30,766 bases of DNA from Actinomycetota bacterium (lineage in GTDB: Bacteria > Actinomycetota > UBA4738), in the NCBI GenBank assembly GCA_036395815.1, contig DASWCX010000229.1, forward strand, positions 1 to 30,766, written 5' to 3'. This document shows, piece by piece, positions 25,131-30,766 of this stretch. Positions within the stretch are counted from its first letter, which is position 1. Every line of letters begins with the position of its first letter. Made by a program: the position numbers and the translations under genes. Below the pieces are notes generated by a model. It was not told the DNA's origin, did no database searches, and saw only the letters and a program-made list of their open reading frames with translations.

Positions 25131-25201
25131 AGGAGGGATAGCGGCTCGTCACGGCTCCTGAGCCTACCCGAAAGGGGGCGAGGCTAGGTGCTGCGTGTCT
25201 C

Positions 25202-26032
25202 TCAGCCCCCGAATTTCCAGAGAATCTTTTTGATCTCAGTGGCCATATCCTGCAAGGTAGGGATGACGGCGGTTCCAACATCTTGGAACCCTACCGTCGG
25301 GGTGAACTGAGCGTGCATAGCCACCTCGTCGTAGCTGACATCCGCAGGCAAAGGAGAGCGAAGGATGAACGTTACGAGGTGTGCGTTCGCTTTCAGCGGT
25401 TCACGCGGAGTCCCCATAGGGACGGTGCTTTCAACGACGCCCGGCGATGTGCGATAGCTGCCCGGCCGCAGAATGGTGACGAGCACGGTCCGGTGTTTGT
25501 CGACGCGCAGAAGCGTTTTGAGCACCATGAGCGGGCCGGGGGGGATCGGCAGGTTGAGATAGAGCCGATTCCGGAAGAACCAGCTTTGCTGCCGACTCTT
25601 GTACGGCTGGAATGGCGAGAGCATCAAGAGGCGATGCTTGGAGACGCCCGGCAGCTCCCTCCGCCGCACATTCGCCAGGAAATCTTTTCGGGTCGTTGCG
25701 TAGAGGGGGAAGTAGATGGCTCGCAGCTGCTTCTCGTTGAGCTGTCGTTTGGAGGGCACCAACTCCCAGGCCAGATGATCAAGAGCGGCCCCGAAGTTGG
25801 TGAGCACGTCACCAATGAGCAGGCTCCATTCTCGCTTGATCGGCTTGACGTGGGTGGAGAAGAGTTCGAGCCGGTCTGGGTGCGTTTTGAGTTCGTACCT
25901 ACGACCGAGGGCGGGCACACCATCGGGGCCACCGTTGGCCCACGAGGTTATGTCTCCTTCGAGTTCTTTCAGATGGTGTTCGGCCCGCCCCAGCTTCGCT
26001 CTACTGCTGGACAGGTCAAGGCGGTGACTCAT
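25202..26032 (-). CDS. Uncharacterised protein, possibly HEPN-like (IS passenger)
   Basis: 276 aa with SRAKLGRAEHHL, WSLLIGDVLTNFGAALDHLAWEL, IYFP, PFQPY and LRVDKHR. The HEPN assignment is inferred from the DKHR motif and helical layout. Confidence 0.75.
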   Translation of the reverse strand: MSHRLDLSSSRAKLGRAEHHLKELEGDITSWANGGPDGVPALGRRYELKTHPDRLELFSTHVKPIKREWSLLIGDVLTNFGAALDHLAWELVPSKRQLNEKQLRAIYFPLYATTRKDFLANVRRRELPGVSKHRLLMLSPFQPYKSRQQSWFFRNRLYLNLPIPPGPLMVLKTLLRVDKHRTVLVTILRPGSYRTSPGVVESTVPMGTPREPLKANAHLVTFILRSPLPADVSYDEVAMHAQFTPTVGFQDVGTAVIPTLQDMATEIKKILWKFGG

Positions 26033-26053
26033 GGCGCGTAGACTGGAGGCACG

Positions 26054-26200
26054 ATGCCAAAGCGAAACGGGAAGCGGTCACTCGTCCGCGAGGGCGAGCC
26101 GAGCCAGCGCACGAAGCAAGGGCTCGAAATCCCCATCGTCAAGACCGAGGACTTCGACCGGCTGCTACGCAAGGCTGCTAGGAAGCGTCGGGCGAAGTAG
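26054..26200 (+). CDS. 48-aa basic small protein (IS passenger, opposite strand to the transposase)
   Basis: GGAGG RBS at 26045-26049. Sequence MPKRNGKRSLVREGEPSQRTKQGLEIPIVKTEDFDRLLRKAARKRRAK. Below the ORF-track cutoff. Confidence 0.65.
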   Translation: MPKRNGKRSLVREGEPSQRTKQGLEIPIVKTEDFDRLLRKAARKRRAK

Positions 26201-26378
26201 TCGAGCTTCGACGGACTCGCCTGGCTTTCCACACGATAAGCCCACCGATGAGCAAGACAACGAGGCGCAACGCGATCGCCCACCAGGGCAAGGCTCGCAC
26301 GAACGTCAGGACAACCAGCCCGGCTACGGACAGCCAGAAGGCGCCTTCCGCCCACGGGGGAATCGGCCGCAGCCTCAT
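26178..26378 (-). CDS. 66-aa two-TM small membrane protein (IS passenger)
   Basis: ATG immediately follows the transposase TAG. Two hydrophobic helices followed by a basic tail (KARRVRR). Confidence 0.55.
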   Translation of the reverse strand: MRLRPIPPWAEGAFWLSVAGLVVLTFVRALPWWAIALRLVVLLIGGLIVWKARRVRRSSTTSPDAS

Positions 26379-27314
26379 CTATGCCTTCGCGATCCGATGC
26401 AGGAACGCGTTGAACATCCCACCGGGCTCGTCCCGATGGTTGTACCGGAAGGCATACTCGTCCAAGTAGGACTGAAGATGCTTGGTCGAGACCGAGTGGT
26501 ACGTCCCACGGATGCCACTCTTGAGCAGCGACCAGAAGCCCTCGATGGTGTTCACGTGGACATCCCCATCCACGTAGATCGCCTGCGAGTGGTTCACCCG
26601 CTGGTGCTCGTAGCCCTGGCCCTTGAGCGCGTTGTACGCGTTCCCCTCGTCCGTGTAGACGGTGGACGCGGGCAGCACCTTGGTCTTGATGTGCGGCAGC
26701 ACGGACGAAGTGCTGGCCGCTGGGATCGCCTTCGCCACGACCTTGCCGGACTTCCCGTTAGCTCCGCGCTGGGCCATCCCGAACACCGGGGTCTTGGACG
26801 AGAACGCGGTGTCGTGGCCGCGCTTGGCAGCGTGCTTCCACTTGTTCGCCCCGCCGATGTAAGCCTCGTCGGCTTCGATGGTTCCATCGAGCATCGGGTC
26901 GCCTTGGTCGAGCAGCGACCGGATCTGCCGGAACATCCGAAGTGCCGTCGGGTAGGACACCCCGACCTCGCGCTCCAATTGCTTCGCGGAGATTCCGCAC
27001 CGAGTGCTCGCCATCAAGAACATCCCGTAGAACCAGAGCTTGAGCGAGGTGGACGACCCCTCGAAGATGGTGCCCTTCATCGGGTACTCGTGCCGTCCGC
27101 AGAACTGGCACGCGTAGGCGGGGCGTTTGGCGAGCCGGTGGTGCTTCGTCACCTTCCCGCACTTGGGGCAGAAGATGCCGTCCGGGTAGAGCATCCCGAC
27201 AAGCTCGTCCAAGCAGGCGGCGTCGTTCGGGAAGCGAGCCTCGAAGTCGAACACAGTGGTCGTCGCGTCCGAAGACTTCGCGTTCTTCGGCTGGTTCCGG
27301 TCTGTCTTGCCCAT
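26379..27314 (-). CDS. IS1595-family DDE transposase
   Basis: N-terminal Zn ribbon CPKC...CQFC, HTH region GISAKQLEREVGVSYPTA, and catalytic motifs IEADEAYIGG, VYTDE, VNHS, HVNTIEGFWSLLK, YLDEYAFRYN. Start placed at ATG 27314 on the basis of the promoter. Confidence 0.96.
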   Translation of the reverse strand: MGKTDRNQPKNAKSSDATTTVFDFEARFPNDAACLDELVGMLYPDGIFCPKCGKVTKHHRLAKRPAYACQFCGRHEYPMKGTIFEGSSTSLKLWFYGMFLMASTRCGISAKQLEREVGVSYPTALRMFRQIRSLLDQGDPMLDGTIEADEAYIGGANKWKHAAKRGHDTAFSSKTPVFGMAQRGANGKSGKVVAKAIPAASTSSVLPHIKTKVLPASTVYTDEGNAYNALKGQGYEHQRVNHSQAIYVDGDVHVNTIEGFWSLLKSGIRGTYHSVSTKHLQSYLDEYAFRYNHRDEPGGMFNAFLHRIAKA

Positions 27315-27320
27315 AGAGGT

Positions 27321-27350
27321 AGTATAAGCCGACGCAAGTACGTGTGTCAA
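27321..27350 (-). promoter_or_regulatory. Near-consensus transposase promoter giving a leaderless mRNA
   Basis: TTGACA (27350-27345)-N18-TATACT (27326-27321)-6 nt-ATG. The -35 lies inside IRL. Confidence 0.8.
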
Positions 27351-27363
27351 CTTGATACTTCCC
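27334..27363 (-). repeat. Left terminal inverted repeat (IRL)
   Basis: Minus strand GGGAAGTATCAA-GTTGACA-CACGTACTTGC. Confidence 0.92.
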
Positions 27364-27371
27364 CAAACCGA
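27364..27371 (+). repeat. 8-bp target site duplication, right copy (CAAACCGA)
   Basis: Identical to 24538-24545. Confidence 0.95.
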
Positions 27372-27380
27372 GCCAGGCAG

Positions 27381-28139
27381 CTACTGCGCCTCGCGGCCGT
27401 GGACGGTGGGCCTCGTGGGCTGGCCCTCCGCTCCGTCCTTCCCTCCGAGGATCTCCACGATGGACTCGATCACCTGCTCGGGGCTGTCGCAGATGCGGAA
27501 GAGCTCCAGATCCTTCGGGGCGACCGTCCCCTGGGCCAGAACCGGCGAGTGGAGCCAGTCGAGGAGGCCGGCCCAGTACGCCGACCCGTACAAGATGACC
27601 GGGAAGTGCTGGACCTTGCCGGTCTGGATCAGGGTGAGGGACTCGAACAGCTCGTCGAGGGTGCCGAACCCGCCCGGGAACACCACGAACCCCTCCGCGT
27701 ACTTGACGAACATCGTCTTGCGCACGAAGAAGTAGTTGAAGTCGAGCAGCAGGTTCAGGTACGGGTTGGCCACCTGTTCGAACGGCAGCTCGATGTTGCA
27801 CCCGATGGAGAAGCCGCCCCCTTCCTGACAGCCCCGGTTGGCGGCCTCCATGACCCCGGGGCCTCCCCCGGTGATGACGGCGAACCCGGCCTCGGCCAGC
27901 TGCCGCCCCACGGTCCGGGCCGTCTCGTACATCGGATCGTCCCGGCCGATCCTGGCCGAGCCGAACAGGCTGATGGCGGGCGGGATGGCCGCCAGCTGGG
28001 TGAAGCCGTCCACGAACTCGGACAGGATCCTGAGCGCTCGCCAGGGGTCGGTGCCGACGAAGGTGTTGTCGCGGCGTTCGAGCAGCGCCCGGTCGGCGTT
28101 CGCCTGCTCCCTGCGGCCCCTGCGAGCGGAGTGGGTCAC
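27381..28139 (-). CDS. LOG-family (TIGR00730-like) nucleotide phosphoribohydrolase
   Basis: DPWRALRILSEF, ISLFGSAR, ITGGGPGVMEAANRG, FFVRKTMF and PGGFGTLDEL. GATAAT -10-like box 6 nt before GTG 28139; the start could be up to 28172. Confidence 0.92.
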   Translation of the reverse strand: MTHSARRGRREQANADRALLERRDNTFVGTDPWRALRILSEFVDGFTQLAAIPPAISLFGSARIGRDDPMYETARTVGRQLAEAGFAVITGGGPGVMEAANRGCQEGGGFSIGCNIELPFEQVANPYLNLLLDFNYFFVRKTMFVKYAEGFVVFPGGFGTLDELFESLTLIQTGKVQHFPVILYGSAYWAGLLDWLHSPVLAQGTVAPKDLELFRICDSPEQVIESIVEILGGKDGAEGQPTRPTVHGREAQ

Positions 28140-28146
28140 GGGTGCA

Positions 28147-28962
28147 TTATCTGCCGGAGCCCGAGCGCCCATCCGGCCGAAGGCTGCGGGTCACGCTCGC
28201 CACTCTGGCGCGGGCCCGGAACCCCAGGCCCTCGTACAGCCGCGCGGGCCCTCCTCGTTCCGCCGTCAGCAGGTGGACGACGCCGTCCCCGTTCGCCAGG
28301 CTCTCCCGCACCGCGCGCCCGGTGGTGGCCGAGGCCACCCCTCGCCGCCGGAACCGGGGGAGGGTAACCACGTTGTCCACGTAGCCCACCCCGGCCAGGG
28401 AGATCAACGAGGCGAACCCGGCCAGCTCGCCCTCCGCGTACCCGGCGAAGATCTGGAGGCCGGCCGGGACCAGGACATCACGGTCCCGGCGCACCAGGGC
28501 GCGGATCATGGTGTCGTCCATGGACCCGCCGAACTCGCTCCGGGACGAGGTGTAGATGTTCCAGAACCGCGCCCCCGGGCGGCGGAGGTGGCGGACCCGC
28601 ACCACAGGACCGCTGGATTCCGGCAGGCGAGCGGCATCGCCCTCGAACACCATGACGGAGTCGACCCCGGAATGGTCGGCCTCCGCCATCATCGCTCGGA
28701 GGACTGGGCAACGGGCCGGCGGGTCCCAGAACTCGACGTGCTCGTACAGGGCTCGAGCCCGGTGAAGGACGGGCAGGAGCGAGCCGCGGATGTCGTCGGG
28801 GGTGAGGGTCCGGTGATCGGAGAAGACCGCGGCGTGGTTCGACTCCCACACCGCCGGGAACCGGGGATCGGCCACCACGACGCCCCAGGGCGTGGGATCG
28901 CACACCGGGTTGAGGGCTCCCCACGCGGACCAGAAGGAACGGAGTGGCTCGAGCAGAGTCAT
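28147..28962 (-). CDS. GNAT-family N-acetyltransferase
   Basis: C-terminal GYVDNVVTLPRFRRRGVAS acetyl-CoA motif A and ARLYEGLGF motif B. Confidence 0.85.
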   Translation of the reverse strand: MTLLEPLRSFWSAWGALNPVCDPTPWGVVVADPRFPAVWESNHAAVFSDHRTLTPDDIRGSLLPVLHRARALYEHVEFWDPPARCPVLRAMMAEADHSGVDSVMVFEGDAARLPESSGPVVRVRHLRRPGARFWNIYTSSRSEFGGSMDDTMIRALVRRDRDVLVPAGLQIFAGYAEGELAGFASLISLAGVGYVDNVVTLPRFRRRGVASATTGRAVRESLANGDGVVHLLTAERGGPARLYEGLGFRARARVASVTRSLRPDGRSGSGR

Positions 28963-29014
28963 GCGGTCACCCGTGGCAGCGTACAGGCGCGCCGGGGCGG
29001 GGTACGCTCTGTCG

Positions 29015-30169
29015 ATGGACGACCTGACGATCCGCGACCACCTCGAACGCATGATGCCGGCTGGTGGTCGGGGCAGGCAGGTGCTCGGGTGGGGGGTGGT
29101 GGCGTGGAGCGCGATCGGCGCCGTCATCCTCCTCGGCGTGCTGTTCCGGGTGATCGATCGGATGGCCCCGATCTTCCCGTACCTCGTGGTGGCCTCCATG
29201 GTCGTGTTCGTCCTCAACCCCGCGGTGAATCGCCTGACCGGCCGGGGGGTGCCCCGCCGGCTGGCCGCCACCCTGGTGTTCGCCGCTGCGGCGGCGGTCG
29301 CCGCGGGGCTCCTCTACCTCACCGTCCCCGCGGTGATCCACCAGGCCCAGTCGCTGGCCCGGCAGTCCGGAGGGCTGGTCCGAAAGGGGGGCGGGCTGTT
29401 CGACGGCCTGGCTCGCTCCTCCAACCCGGTCCTGCGCGAGGCGGGGAAGAGCATCAAGGGATGGCTCCAGACGCATGCCGGGAGCGCTCCCCGAGCGCTG
29501 AACACGCTGACCGACGCGGGGCTCCAGCTCGCTCAGGCCGGGGTGATCCTGATCATCGGAGGGTTCCTGGGCTACCTGTTGTTGCTCTCGCTCTCCGATA
29601 CCCGGAGGGGTGCGCTGGCCCTGATGCCACCGGCCAGCAGGGACAAGATCGAGCCGGTGCTGGGCGAGATCCGCCGGATCGTGGGGGGCTACGTCAGGGC
29701 CCGGCTGATCGTCTCGGCCGTGGTCGGGGTCCTGGCCACCATCGGGCTGTGGGCCGTCCACATGCCATTCTGGTTGCTGCTCGGGCTGGTGGTGGGCGTG
29801 GCGAACCTGATCCCGATGCTGGGCTCGTGGATCGGCGGAATCCCCGTGGCGCTGGTCGCCCTGGTGACGAAGCCGCCCTCCTTCCTCCTGGTGGTGATGG
29901 CGGTGATCGTGGCGTCCCACATGGTCGACGGGTTCGTCCTGTCGCCGATCATCCTGAAGGGGACCACGAACCTGCATCCCGTCGTGATCCTGCTGGCGGT
30001 GCTCCTGGGGGCGGACCTGCTCGGGTTCTGGGGGATCCTGGCGGCGATCCCCGTGGCCGGCGTGGTGAACTTCCTCCTGCGCCAGTGGGTGGTGCCGAGG
30101 CTGTCGGGCCAGACTCCCCCCGAGGGGGCGGTGCCCATGGGCGAGCCGGCAACCGGAGTGCCGGGCTAG
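29015..30169 (+). CDS. AI-2E family transporter
   Basis: VFVLNPAVNRL, IVGGYVRARL, NLIPMLGSWIGG, LSPIILKGTTNLHPVVILLAVLLGADLLGFWGILAAIP. TACGCT -10 box 6 nt before ATG 29015. Confidence 0.92.
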   Translation: MDDLTIRDHLERMMPAGGRGRQVLGWGVVAWSAIGAVILLGVLFRVIDRMAPIFPYLVVASMVVFVLNPAVNRLTGRGVPRRLAATLVFAAAAAVAAGLLYLTVPAVIHQAQSLARQSGGLVRKGGGLFDGLARSSNPVLREAGKSIKGWLQTHAGSAPRALNTLTDAGLQLAQAGVILIIGGFLGYLLLLSLSDTRRGALALMPPASRDKIEPVLGEIRRIVGGYVRARLIVSAVVGVLATIGLWAVHMPFWLLLGLVVGVANLIPMLGSWIGGIPVALVALVTKPPSFLLVVMAVIVASHMVDGFVLSPIILKGTTNLHPVVILLAVLLGADLLGFWGILAAIPVAGVVNFLLRQWVVPRLSGQTPPEGAVPMGEPATGVPG

Positions 30170-30505
30170 ATGTGCCGCGCGCTCAAGGTACTGTGCGCCG
30201 CGGGGGATCGCGACCAGCTGAGAGAGCTGAAGCGAGCCGCGGTCGGCGTGGCCTGGGAGCTGGTGGGCGGGGCCGCCTCGCTCGATGAGCTGCCGGACCA
30301 GCTGGCGTCGTGGCGCCCGGACGTCGTGGTGCTCGACGCCTCGCTGGGGCCCGGCGCGCTGCGCGCGGTCCGCGGGACGGGACGTTCGATCCGGGTGGTC
30401 TCGGTCGGGGAGCTGCCCGGCTCCGATGCCGTGGCTGGGTCCCTCCACGAGGTCAGGGGTGCCATCCTCGGGGTCCCCAAGCCCGGCGGTCCGGTCCGGG
30501 CCTAG
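30170..30505 (+). CDS. Hypothetical protein, degenerate receiver (CheY-like) domain
   Basis: ATG directly follows the AI-2E stop. LKVLCAA...WELVGGAAS...WRPDVVVLDASL follows the receiver beta/alpha pattern. Confidence 0.6.
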   Translation: MCRALKVLCAAGDRDQLRELKRAAVGVAWELVGGAASLDELPDQLASWRPDVVVLDASLGPGALRAVRGTGRSIRVVSVGELPGSDAVAGSLHEVRGAILGVPKPGGPVRA

Positions 30506-30509
30506 GCGG

Positions 30510-30766
30510 TCACGCCCACCGGAAGCAGTTCGGCCACGCGCTCGGGCCCTGGGCCGCCAGGACGCGCTCGGCCACCGCGATCTGCTGGCCCGCCGAATAG
30601 GGGAATGGCCCGGTCCCGTCGAAGGGACCCCCGCCGTAGGCATACCACGTGCCCGGGGAGAACTGGAGCCCGCCCCAGAAACCGTTCCCCGAGTTGATGG
30701 CCCACACCCCGCCCGATTCGCACGCCGCGATGGCGTACCAGTTGGCGCCGGAGTGGCTGACCACGG
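30510..30766 (-). CDS. Resuscitation-promoting factor (Rpf) transglycosylase domain; 5' part outside the window
   Basis: [33 protein letters not shown]...[21 protein letters not shown], with the catalytic Glu in CESGG and the Cys pair. Confidence 0.9.
   Translation of the reverse strand, partial: VVSHSGANWYAIAACESGGVWAINSGNGFWGGLQFSPGTWYAYGGGPFDGTGPFPYSAGQQIAVAERVLAAQGPSAWPNCFRWA

Larger units (their letters stand above)
24546..27363 (-). mobile_element. Complete IS1595-family element with passenger genes (transporter IS), 2,818 bp
   Basis: Transposase gene, terminal IRs beginning GGGAAGTATCAA, a perfect 8-bp flanking duplication (8 bp is the typical IS1595 DR length), and codon usage visibly less GC3-biased than the flanks. 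Confidence 0.93.

Noticed and set aside
25283-26041. 252-aa ORF antisense to the HEPN-like gene
   Set aside because: No recognisable motif or RBS, and fully overlapped by a better-supported gene. Not excluded as part of an antisense transcript leading to the 26054 ORF.
26029-26355. 108-aa minus-strand ORF within the IS
   Set aside because: No RBS or motifs, and it conflicts with the better-supported 66-aa (minus) and 48-aa (plus) ORFs.
27325-27332. TAAGCCGA inside IRL resembling the TSD (6/8)
   Set aside because: Too short to distinguish from chance, and it lies in the promoter spacer/-10 region.
26031-30288. Long plus-strand ORFs 26031..28367 and 27838..30288
   Set aside because: Shadow or alternative frames over the transposase, LOG, GNAT and AI-2E genes; the first also crosses the IS boundary.
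1-30766. rRNA, tRNA and CRISPR arrays
   Set aside because: No cloverleaf with T-loop/CCA pattern, rRNA-like segment or regularly spaced repeat array was seen by eye. tRNAscan-SE and Infernal were not run.

Overview
High-GC bacterial DNA, most likely Actinomycetota: it carries Rpf, SCO1664, DUF3090 and F420-type PPOX genes, and many starts look leaderless. No rRNA, tRNA or CRISPR array was seen. Most of the window is housekeeping and accessory metabolism: acetamidase plus APC permease, rhomboid, FIST, an ECF sigma-ogt-PPOX operon, a phosphatase-DUF3090-SCO1664 cluster, uppP, DUF47-pit, hppD, vapBC, lepB, an LLM-SCP2 fusion, TetR with acyl-CoA dehydrogenase, two secreted beta-propeller-type proteins, LOG, GNAT, AI-2E and a partial Rpf. 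The main feature is a complete 2,818-bp IS1595-family element with passenger genes (24546-27363), bounded by 30-bp imperfect inverted repeats and a perfect 8-bp target duplication (CAAACCGA). Its passengers are a HEPN-like protein, a DUF1508-like protein and three tiny ORFs; one tiny ORF has its ribosome-binding site locked by several anti-SD sequences. Just inside one end, the element carries an 18-nt near-copy (15/18, all three differences A to G) of the host sequence that ends exactly at the insertion point. This could indicate sequence-guided targeting in a DDE IS family where I know of no such mechanism. It is a hypothesis from one locus and needs comparative testing. Many long ORFs in the supplied track are antisense shadow frames; several true starts differ from the track and were reassigned by hand.
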